A DNA stretch of 64,000 nucleotides from Marsupella aquatica (taxonomy: Eukaryota > Plantae > Marchantiophyta): NCBI GenBank assembly GCA_973895155.1, contig OZ316896.1:1984001-2048000 (forward strand), given 5' to 3'. The stretch's first letter is position 1. The number at the start of each line of letters is the position of its first letter. This document shows, piece by piece, positions 39,101 to 50,299 of this stretch. The position numbers were made by a program, and so were the translations under genes. The notes below the pieces were generated by a model. It was not told the DNA's origin, did no database searches, and saw nothing but the letters and a program-made list of their open reading frames with translations.

Positions 39101-40231
39101 TTTAGATGTACTAGCAGTGGCATACAATCTCTTCAACCTGGGAATTATAGGGAAATACCGCACTACCTTCCTTGCCTGTAATGAATTCCCCACTCTCTTC
39201 ATCTTGGGCTGCTGACACACTGAATAGTTTTCTAACTTGGCATTCTCACCCCTAAAGAGCATGCAACCTTTCTCACAGACAGGGATTCTCTCATAATCCA
39301 AGCCAAGCTTTCTCAATAGCTGCTTTGCAGCATATAAGTTCTTGGGCAGATTATGCTCTACAGGCATACCATGCTCCCCCATCAAAGACAACAATGCATT
39401 CACTCCTTTGTTTGAGAATCCATGGCCATGACAGATGTTTAGCAGAAGCAACATGAATGACACAACATCTATTTTGCTGCCTGGGAACAAAGGTTGCATT
39501 GCTGCATCTAAAGATAACTGTGCAGGATCAGTCTCCACAAGAGTTTCGGAGAATTCAAGAGGGTTTACAGGATGGGCACCTCCTTCACTCTCATCATCCC
39601 CAAGTACAAAATCCAAGTCAAAACGGTCCTGATCATCTAGTTCACGCTCAGGGGATTCTTTAGTGGTTCTCAGCAACGTTTCTTCCAGTAGAGCTCTGAT
39701 ATGTTCTTCAACATCTATAGTTGGATGTTCTTGAACATCCACAGTTGGATACTCTGGAACATCCACAGTTGGATACTCTGGAACATCTACAAATAAATGT
39801 TCTTCAACATCTACAGTTGGCTGTTGTGCACAGGTTCCCTGCTGAAGGTTTGCTACCCTCAATGCCTCAGGGCCATGTTGTGACATGTAGTCAGCACCCC
39901 ACTCTTCATCAAAAGAGTCCTGTCCCTCTCCCACCCACACTCGACATGCAGGGTACCGACCATGTTTAATAAGGTGCAGTCTAGCAGTATTCCGATTAGT
40001 CCTATAATTCCCTTTGCAGTTCACACAAGGGCAGTACATCTTATGGTCCCCACTCTTGTGGCAGGTCTTCTGTTCTCGAACCCACAAAGCATCATCACGA
40101 TGTTGTACTCTAGCTGGATGGAAGAGCGGCAACTTTGAAGTTCTACCCACACCTAACATATTCTGTGGCAATTGTGCCATGCTAGCTTGATTGAAACTAT
40201 GATTTTCAAACTGTATCAGTGTGACATGCAT
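36187..40231 (-). CDS. TnpD transposase of B; three coding exons (40231-38297, 38086-37176, 37051-36187), apparently open
   Basis: MYCPCVNCKG..HLIKHG; LALDGVNPF; WTINDYPA; DPMHCEKN; RWMYPIER; DUF4216-like last exon. GT-AG introns 38296-38087 (phase 0) and 37175-37052 (phase 2) keep the frame. Confidence 0.93.
39700..39820 (-). repeat. 24-bp coding tandem repeat (PTVDVPEY-like, x5) in the TnpD N-terminus
   Basis: PTVDVEEH/LFVDVPEY/PTVDVPEY/PTVDVQEH/PTIDVEEH. Confidence 0.85.
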
Positions 40232-41035
40232 ACAAAATTGGGCCTACCATCACAGTTGTACAACTGATGCCAACCACAGTCCAATTGCTCAAACCCATAG
40301 AGCCCAGTTTCTCAAATCCACTATAGTGGGGCACCTTCTCCTTCTTGCATACAAATAGAGCATCACATACAGTGTCATCAAAATGCTACTATGAACGTAA
40401 ATCTCTGTGCCTTCATCATTTCCAGTATTTGTTTGCCTATTAGGAATGTGAGCAGACAGGTCTGGAATAAGTAACGTTTGTGACACCAGTGACAAATTTA
40501 CAAGTGAAGTTTAGACATCAATATGGAGGAAAGTCACACTCAAAGCACATGCTTGAAAATCGGAATCCTACCCTGGAAAAGATAATAAAGTTGATTTCTC
40601 AAAATTAATTGCCTCAATCCGCAATGCACTGTTGTAGAGTGTGTATACATGAGGAGTTCATCAAACTGCATATAAATAGTCCACATGTTTTAGCACTCTG
40701 AAAATTGTTTAAGTCCACGTGAAACCATCACAAAGCTCTATCTCAAGTTTGTGTTCCATCCAACCTCAATCAAATCCAAGATATGTGGCTCCTAGCAGGA
40801 GTGCCTAGTGTAGGGTCAATGTCATGGTCAGGACAGTAAAACATCCCCTTCTTGGGCTGCCCATGCGCTGAGTGATCCCAAATTGTTCGATCATGGGCAA
40901 ATCCCCTATGCTGGACAAACAGCAGGCAGTCCTTGTGCCATGCCTTAGGACACCTCATGCACTGAACCAAAAAGCCATTAGCCCCATCATTGGGCCCCTG
41001 TCCACAAGTAAGACAAATATGGAGTCCACATGATG

Positions 41036-44000
41036 TGTGATGCCTAGACAGGAATCACTCGGCCAATTAAGTGGGTAAAGCAAGAAGGCACCCTAGGAAC
41101 ACCTTAGTATAGGGACAAAACAAGGAAAATATAAACCATTAGGGGCAACCATGGAACCCGGGCCGAGGCCGGAGGTAAGGACGCTGAGGGTGAAAACTCG
41201 ATTAGGGTTAGGGCGCGTTAAGCGTCGGCGGCTAGGAAGGATCAACGGGAAGAAGGACCGGCAGAGGAGAGGGGTAAGGAGCGCTTGCAGGAGATGGTGG
41301 CTCATTTGCAAGCACGAACTAGGCAGACGACTACGGGAAGCCAACTACTGTCAGCTGCTTAGGCAAGCACTCGGGGAGAGAGTAGATACCGACGATCGAC
41401 CTAAGGAGGGTATGAGCAACGTCAATCAAGCGGCACATTTCTGGGGATGCCTGTTCGAACGGGCAACTGAGTACATCAAGACTTACGAGGACGAGGAATC
41501 AGAAAGGGCAGCTCGAGAATGGCAGGAGCTTGCTTGATTGTGGGAGCTGTAGAAGACGGCTTTCTTAGGAGGCGAACTCATCAAGGACGAGTTCCTGTGG
41601 ACGCCTACCTCCAATCAACTCGACGATCTTCTGTTTTGCAAAGACAGCGTCGTCGGCATCCGAGAGGCCATCAAGAACTGCAACGACATACACTGGGAAT
41701 TAAAGGGTAGCACGGAAAGGTGGACCCAAGCAACGGTGCTAGGAGAAACCTCCACGGCAGCAGAGATGAAGAGGAAGGGAGCCGTCAACGATGAAGCCAC
41801 CCCGGCAAAAAGAACGAGGTCGGCGGCACCAAAGAAGCCAGCCAAGCAGCAGAGCAGGAGGCAGGGAGAAGCCGAAGAGGAGGAGGTCGATCCCATCAAG
41901 GCCATTCCAACCAAGGATGACACCTGGAAGGGCTGGGCGGCAACCCTACCGGTGGAAGTGCAACTACATTTTGCACGGGAGGAGGATGCATGCTTTACGG
42001 CAATGCAGACCAAGAAGTATCAAGGCTTCATGGCCAGATCCGGCTTAGAGGCCTTTGTAAGATTACCATGGCTGAAGCCGGAGGTACCGGAGTCAGACCT
42101 ATTAGAATTCGTGGGGTCATGGGAACCCGAGACCAATTGCACGAGGATATATGGGAAGGATTTCTATCTTACTCCCAAGGTAATTGCCGAAGTGTTTGGC
42201 TTGCCGATAGGCAATAAGACCAAATATGATACCAGGAAGACCTTGCCTGACAAGGAGTTCCGGTCGTTCCCCGGGCCATCAACGAAGAATGGCTTCTTCC
42301 GGAACACCTGCACCAACCCGCACATAGGAGAGATGATCGACTTCTTGCGGGTGACCATGCATTGTAACTTGCCGAGGGCAGAGATCGGCAAGGCACAGGT
42401 CTATTTGGCAGAAAGGCCAGACCCAAGCCGGGACTACAACGGGTACCTCCTCAACCAATTGAAGAAGATCTTAAAGGAGGAGTAGCAGGTAATCGGCATG
42501 GGGAGCGTGTCGCGGCTTGGCTATCACATGACGCTGTTGTGCCGGTATGCCAGAGGTCAGACTTTTGCCCCAGTACTTCCCCTACAGGTAAGGGCACCCG
42601 AGGAAGCTCCAACGCCAAGGCCGTTGGCTGAGAAGCCTCAACCACCTGTTAGCCCTACGATCGAGCAGGTGTTTAGGCCCAGGAAGGAGGACTTGCCGAT
42701 GCAGCAACCAGGCATGCAGAGTCTGCTGAAACTACTGGAGAAAGAAAAGAAATCGGCATCGGCAACAACAACGGCACCGGCAACAATGCAGGACACTACT
42801 ACAGAGGTAGGCCTACACCGGCTCACAAGAGAAAACCCCTTTGCTGGAGACAAGGAGAGAAGCAGGCCGGAATCCAAGCCAGGTGTTCGAATGTATGTGG
42901 GAATCTCAAGCTCCGAATCTGAGGCAGAATTGCCTGAAGCTTCTACCGACGAAGAGGAGAGGGAGAAGCCGGACGTCCAAGAAGTAGAGGAGGCAGTGGA
43001 GGACTGCAGCCATGATAATTCCGGCTATGGGTCGGACCATCACGTTCCAGGAGTAAGGACCTGTGGCCGGTTTGTCCCCACACTTCCAAGGGTAGTGCGA
43101 GGGGACCCCAACCAGCAGAGTAGCCCTGAGTCTCCCCCACCAGATGTTGCTCCCCCGAGCTTTGACGGCATAAAACAGACGGTGCAGGAATTTCAGGAGC
43201 GAATCAGGCAGGAAGAGGAGGCAGCCTTGGCTAGGGAAAAGGATTTACCAGGAGGAGATTGGCCGGAGGACATCAGGCGGCTAGCCAAAAAAGGAAGCAA
43301 ACCTCTAGCCATGATTGAAGAGATCCGCAAGACGGCTTGGGAGCAGAGGCCGCGATGGGCGATGCCGATCACTTCTACTTACTCCACCTACGCTAAGAAT
43401 AGAGCCATGGAGTATGGTGAGATGTGTGGGGAACTTGCGCTCGGCATCTTTGGAGAGGAGTTGGAGGTAGGACCCTTTTTCCATAGAGAGCAGTTGGAGA
43501 AGCACCAATTAGAAGAAGTGGTGGCTTTAGAGAGAAGCAAGAAGGACGAGGTCATTCGGCGGCTTAGGAGGATGGAAGCCGAGATTGAAGATCTAAGGGC
43601 GGCCAAGAAAGCCCAAGATGAACTGCGGATTAAACGGCATGAGCTGAACATCATGCAGGGGCAGTTGGACACCGCGCAGGCTGATAATCAGAATATCAAG
43701 GATAAACTGACTCAGACGCAGGGAGAGTTGGCTGACACGATCAAAGAGAGGGAGAAGTGGAAGCAAGAGCTGAAGAATACAGAGGAGGCCCACATAACAG
43801 CCAACAGCCGGGCCATGGCGGAGACCCAAAGAAAGGAATGGGCGTTGAAGGGGGAGCTCGAGAAAATCCGCGGAGCCCTTGAGCAGAAGGAGGCCGAGTT
43901 AGGGAAATCCTATCAAGGGATTATGGCGCTGCAGCAGGAGCTTGCGTCCCTGACGGCCAGCTTCAAGGCCGACCTAAGGGAGAAGGATGAGATGCTCGAT

Positions 44001-45697
44001 CAGACTTACGCCAAGATGAACCAGATGGAGTCTGTCATCATTGCAAAGCTCGACAAGGAGCTAAGAGCAACCCGGGAGGAGAGGACTACCTTGAAACAAG
44101 AACGGGAGGAAGCCCAGAAGGAACTAGAGGAGGCACGCAAGGACCTGGATGAGACCCAGGAGGAGTTGGAGGAAATCACGAGGAAGATGGAGAACCTCCA
44201 GCGGCGGGCCGACAACCAAACAGAGCGGCTGAAGAAACAAGCCGCAGTATTTAAGTGCTTGTCTTCATCAGGCCCAACTCCAATTGGGGCAACCAAGTTA
44301 CCAAGAGTGGTACTGGCCGAAGAAAAAGCCGCGCCACCTGCACCAGTGCCGGAAGTAAGTGGGAAGGGGAAGGGACCAGCTGCCGAACCAGAAAAGAAGA
44401 AAAAGCGGAAACCTTCAGGGTCAAGGAGTAATCCGACTCCACAAGCCGTGGTGACCAAGGAGGTAGACCAGCACCATCCTCTGGCATGAATACGGCAATA
44501 GATCCCGCTATCATCACAGGTGGGGGTGGTGCGGCCCAAGCCGAACTACTCAGTAATGAGGCCGGTATTCCAGATCCGCCTCTTGAGTAGGCCGGGGAGA
44601 CCGTAGCCGAGGCTGAGGCCGTAACCGATTCCCGAGCCGATGCCGACGCTGATGGTGGACCTAGTCAGGCCGATGGAGAGTTGACTCAGTCAAGGGCAGG
44701 TAATCTGTCAGAGAATGAACCTACGGCAGTGGCTGAGGAGGAAGCGTTGGGGGCGTCCATTAAGGATCCTCCACCGGTGTCGTGACGGTGCAAGGGCGCC
44801 GTTCCTTTTAGGGAGGGCGGACGTGGAGGGAGGAGGCGTGAGTGGGCAGGGCGGGCGCTGATCTCCAAGTTTAGGATTAGGATCAGGACCAGGAGCGGCC
44901 CTGACACTTAGCTTAGTGGGATTGCGATTCCACTGGTAGGAGCAACACTTGTGCTCCTACCTTGCTGTACATAGGTAGATTCGGGCAAGTAGATTACTGT
45001 TAGGTAGATTAGGCTTACGATGCAAAGAACGGCGGATCCACTACCAGGATAAGTACCTGGGCAGCGGGGAGCTCAGGGCCTCTTCTTTAGCAAGTTTTTA
45101 GTTTGCACCAGCCGGGCTGGGATCAAGTAGTACGAGAAGCTCTCGGTTAGTCATACAGTGACCCTTGTGTATATTCATGTTTCCTCATGCCTAAGAGCTG
45201 AATAGAGTTGGCCTCACGGCTTAGTTCGCAGAGCTTGTGTATGAGATGTACTGTTTGTATGGCAAGTGCATGGTATGACTCAGTCAGAATGAGTCATTTT
45301 GCTATTTGTGTGTCGCATTAACTTGTGTGAAGAGTGCCCACATCAACCAAAAGGAAGGAAAGTAAGCAGGGGAGTGAGAGTTGGATGTGTCGAGCTGAGA
45401 GAGGTCTTAGCGGCTTAACCAAGCCTATTGGGGATCATTCCAGCAGCGGAATCCAAACATACCTAACAAGACGGAGGGGAAGACAGGGGAAGGCCTAGAT
45501 TAGGCCGGCTACGTATCTCATGACCCGATGAAGGATCTGTCCAGTATATGTGTGTAAAATGTTAACAGTAGTAGTAGAAGGTTAGTAGCGTCCCATGCCG
45601 CTAAGCCGCGGAAACGGCCTCGCCAAGCGCGAAACCTGCGGGAATCGGCTTGAGCTGGGGGGTTTCTTGGGTTTAGGGAGCCATGGGACGCACCACA
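41036..45697 (+). mobile_element. 4.66-kb solo-LTR-like insertion carrying a long ORF
   Basis: Ends TGTGATGC...GCACCACA form a 7/8 inverted match; perfect TSD TGATG at 41031-41035 and 45698-45702. No gag/pol, no internal direct repeat. Confidence 0.88.
41151..44489 (+). pseudogene. ~1110-codon retrotransposon accessory-type ORF with a long coiled coil; three in-frame stops
   Basis: ORFs starting at 41151, 41736 and 42498 share one frame, broken only by TGA 41535, TAG 41550 and TAG 42483. Motifs GLEAFVRLPW..LLEFV..IAEVFGLP..KNGF..CTNP..IDFL. Confidence 0.78.
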
Positions 45698-46801
45698 TGA
45701 TGCTGTGCCAGGAACCAAACACTGCTGACAGTAAAACCGGGCATAGAGAGGGTCTGGACATTTTCTTACCTCTTCACCAATTTTTCCAGACACATGGCAC
45801 TTAAAGCAAGAATGTTCCTCATTCTTGCAATCAACACAAAGCCATTCTCCAACATGGCCATCAGCCAGGGATATAGTTGGGCATAGCCATTGCTGACCCA
45901 AAGGACAGGAAACATTCTTATGGAAATGTCGGTGGCAAGGCCCATCACAAACAATGAGATCCCCTCCCTCATCACAAATCGCACATACATGTGGACTATT
46001 CTGCTTAATCTCAATGTCTAAATATAAGGACAATTGAGGTGCTTGAGAGGATTCACCTCTGCAACGATTCATGGCCTTCTGCTTATTGCGAGCCATGGTC
46101 CTACACACTCAGACCCTACATCAGATTGTGAAACACGAAGGAATAACAGGGTGTAGCATGACACAAAAGAATGAGGGTGCAGCATAAAATATGACTGTAT
46201 GTAACCACAAGGGTGCAGCATAAACCAATGCTTTATGGATGGCAAAGCACTAGGATTGAGCAACGCAAATAACCTTGGCCTATGATTGGAAGCAATCACA
46301 AATATTGCAACCTGTATGCCTTCGCCTACTGTCCAGCAGTGCTCACTCACCCTGCCTTTTTAAAATCTGTAAGGGCAACACAGAACAAATAGCAATTGAG
46401 TTTCGACAAAGCATTGGTTCTCAAGTTTTAAAATGGACAGACTTGTTTCATTGCCTGCCTTGTGCGCAGCAGACTAAGACCGATCAGGGAAAATTTATAT
46501 ATTCAAGTAGTGAGAGCTACAAATTTAAATTTGCTGGGACAGTTTTCCAGTTCTGGATCTTGCTGTGCTTTATATACAGCAGCAACCTGAATTCGTTTTT
46601 TATAGACCAGCTTTTGACCACGGCTACAACTTCAAAACAATCACACAATCAAATCATGACAAATGATAAATGCAGCAACTAGCAAAGGAGAAAAATGCAG
46701 TGGCCCTGAAGTAAACCTGGGTCAAGGTTGTGAATAAAGTTCTCACCTTGTCCCTGCATAGCATCGGGAAATTCTACCCAGAGTCTAAAGCGGGAGATAA
46801 C

Positions 46802-47836
46802 CCCTGGGCCCTCACTCTTACTATATCAAGTGAACCCCTTGAGAACAGATACCCCCCGCGTACCCCTTCTTAATATTTTTGTTCACAAAAAAAATCCCTT
46901 GTTAATTTAAAAATATTAACTTTTCCTATTAAATTTTATCCTTTTGTAAATTATAATAGAGTTTTTCAAGGAATTGAAAACACCCTTGAATTTTTAGAAT
47001 TACAAATATCATACTGAAATAGTTAAAACTTTATCTTTTCATAGGGGACTTGTATGTTATGCTCGATGTTCAAGGTACATATTATATATAGATAAACAAA
47101 ATTAGGACGAGAGAAAATTATAGTTCTTCCTATAGTTTACACATAGACCTGCAATTTTGTCTTAGTGTTCGCAAAAGTGCCTCTGAACTTCTAGTTTCAT
47201 TAGTACTATATATATGTATAATCCAAGAATAATACTTCAAAGTCTGAACCAACTATAACAAACATTGTTTGAGCGCTCGAGACCCCTCCCTCAATACACA
47301 AACACATCTGGCCTCATACATGGCTGTTTGATTCAAGGGAATTCAAAAGTAATCTTGTCCATCCATGTGGGATTGATCCATGGATCCCCATCAATCCCAG
47401 TTTCCCAACCAAGTTGGATCCAAAGATCCTGGCCCAAAATTTACTCAACTCCCCACTTAACTTCTAAACGTGCGGGTAAACATGTCTACCTTAGTTAGCC
47501 CATTTGTTCCACTATAAGGGGACCAACGAAACCAAACCTGCCTTAAGACGATAATAATTAAATATATGATTTACTATATGGACACGTGTGCAAATGAAGT
47601 GATGACATGTGTGTCAACCATATAGTGACGCGTGTACTTGGCATTTTGGGTACCCTTGCATAAGATTTATGTGACATGTATTTGATTCTTGCCTTATTAC
47701 TAGTATTGTGGTGAATGTATATAGAGGGATGTTGCCTACTTTAAAAACTGTTATAAAAATTAGTTTGCATTACATTAAAAATACCCTTGCGTTGTTCGCA
47801 CGTCCTCCTTGTATTAGTAACACTAAGGGCCCAGGG
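46802..47836. mobile_element. Non-autonomous TIR DNA element (MITE-like, hAT- or Mutator-type), 1035 bp
   Basis: TIR CCCTGGGCCCTcactcttacta versus reverse complement CCCTGGGCCCTtagtgttacta. TSD GAGATAAC (46794-46801, 47837-47844), alternatively read as 10-bp GGAGATAACC. Confidence 0.85.
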
Positions 47837-50299
47837 GAGATAACCAGGCGATGATCCATCCCAAGTTGCGTCAGGTCTAGGAAGATTAGTACTCTCCTAA
47901 CGTGACAAGACTTCTTCTGGATCATTCTCTGTAACAAAATTTATTCATTTCAAGTAAAAGACTGAAATCATTTGATGGCAAACCATCAAGCTGACTTTCA
48001 TGGTTAGACACTGCCAATAAAGTTTTCAACACAACAAACAGAGCAAACATTGCCAAAAGAATTTTTGGGTACAAGGGTGCTGCATCCTGATTTGCCTAAA
48101 CTCCATGAACTTACTAGCAGATTCTTATGTTCAATTAGGTAGCATTAAATAGACCAGCCTTCCACTCAGGCAGAAACAATCCTGGCCCACTCAGGCATTA
48201 AACAAGGTCGAGCCGAAAACTTTTGGCATCAGCCGCATAAACACCAAATGTTGCCAATGCTAACACAATGAAATACTGGAAGAGATAGAAAAAGATACAG
48301 CAGCATTTGAGGCAATAATTGCCAAACAACAAAAAGACAACACAATAACTTATCAAAACTGAACACAGCAGACACAAAAAATTGATGCTAAGGAGGAACT
48401 ACAGGAGACATACACAAAGTGGGCGCAGTTACATCCGTAGGATGGCATTCACCATGGGTTGGTTGGCTACATTTAATCACGAGCACATTTTACCAGACAG
48501 AGGCCCAGGTCCTTGTTTACTCTTCTAGTACGATGGCATTATGTTCCACAGGTCCCTGAAGTGCTCATTAGCGATCTATGAGGTATAATCATCTCTCTTG
48601 CTTGGACTGTAGGCAATATATTGATCGGAATGATGACATGGTTGCTAAGGAAGGGAGATCCTCAAACCACAACAAAAGTTTAATGTTCCACTATAACAAA
48701 ATCAGAAATCAGAAATCAGCAAATCAGCAAATCAATAGCAGACAGAAAGGAACACTGTTATTTGAAGACAATAAGCTTTATTTTGTTTTTGCAATTATAA
48801 GCTTGAGGTGTATGGTGTTCAATTGTTCTGCAGAGCGGTCCTCGCACGAATAGTTTTTAAGACTGATTACATTCAATCTGTCTGGATCCTTTAAGACAAC
48901 ACATATATTGCAGGCACATGTAAAGCTCCATGAACATTGAGACAAGGTCGGAAAGAGGGTCCAGGTTGTGATTAAGACAAAAAATAGAGAGAAACCCCAA
49001 CTCCAACCATCGCATGATCACACAATCATGCGCTTACCCTTAAAGCCCAAACTTGCTCCCACAAATGGAAGTCCTTAGTTCCTCCCACCACCGTCCGACA
49101 ATGGCTGTTGCACTGCAAAGACAGTCTGTGCAATGAAGCTCCCACTTCCAACAATGGACAGCTACCGCAGCTCCTCAGCTCCCATAGCTCCTCAACTCCC
49201 GTAACTCCTCCACTCTGGAACCTCCTATACTTGATTGCCGATTGCAGCTCGTCCTCACCCGCTCCTCACCACTCCTCCCACTCCTCAATCACCAATAGCT
49301 TATTGCCGATTGCAGGTTGTCACGGATTGCCTTGAGCCCTTGAACTCCCGTAGCTCCTTCCGTGACTGCAACTCAGTGATAATCTTAGCTGCGCAACCCA
49401 AGCCTTGAGCATGCCTCATACCTCATCTGACCAAGCTACCAAGGCACAATGCAGCCAGGAGCGATGGCCATGTAATCCGCGTGAGGGGGCCGTCGACGCT
49501 GCGCGACCCTCACCAATGCCAAGCACCCTAAAGCAACGAGCGCTCAGTAACGTGGTGTGCCAAGAAAGCCAAACATTGAACGTCAAGTTTGACAGAAGCA
49601 CAGAGGGGAGGGAGCAGGCGCATGCACAAGTAAAAGGAACAAACGGATGTGCTTATGATGATAACCTAGGCACTCGGGACCGCGCGCATAGCTCCCCTAC
49701 ATTGAACTCCCCACCTCCTAGCAACGAGACCTCACCTCTGCTCAGCTCACCTTTGGGAAAAAATCGAGCTACAACCGGAAATGTAGCAGCAAATGCGGAG
49801 CAGACAAACGACATAGCACAAAATGTGGCAAGCAAAGGATCACAGTAGCGTATTGGAGCATTACCAGCGACCTCCACCTTGAACTTGCAAGCAGCAGCTT
49901 GCGCTCTATTGCCCCCCACACACTGAAAAAAGCACACTGGAAAAAGCGCAGGCTCTCGGGGCAGGCTCACAGTGAAAAGAGTCGCAAACCCAATCAAAGC
50001 TCCTCCCCAACAAGTCTTCTTTGACCGCGCAGCACACTTCTCCGCCAACTCGCAGCACAATGAACAGAAATGGCAACTACAAAACCCTTGCAGCCCGAAT
50101 GGGTCGGAGCTCCATGGAGGCTTGTAATGTGCACACAAAGGCGCTCCAAGAAATGAGCACATTCAACAAAAGACTCAATGTTTTTTCAGGAAAGAGGGCT
50201 CCCGCGACTCGATGTTTTTTAGGGAAAGAGGGCTCCCGCAAATACGGGAGAACACCTATGTGAGAGAAAGCATACCGTTGGATTGGCCTCGTCCGCTTC

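Larger units (their letters stand above)
40770..46096 (-). pseudogene. EDM2-like composite PHD-finger gene of B (219 aa when reconstructed), split by the 41036-45697 insertion
   Basis: 46096-45698 joined to 41030-40770 gives a stop-free ORF: MARNKQKA..CAICDEGGDLIVCDGPCHRHFH..WLCVDC..HSCFKC..FYCQQC..SCGLHICLTC..VQCMRCPKAWHKDCL..MFYCPDHDIDPTLGTPARSHISWI. Start context ACCATGG. Confidence 0.9.

Noticed and set aside
47203-47818. Possible Helitron (tactatata start, tgcg..cgca hairpin, ttagt end)
   Set aside because: The putative 3' end is part of the TIR of the 46802-47836 element, which has a clear TSD.
49653-50162. Cys-rich 169-aa ORF in the B leader
   Set aside because: No recognisable domain pattern and no counterpart in A; ORFs arise easily in this GC-rich stretch.
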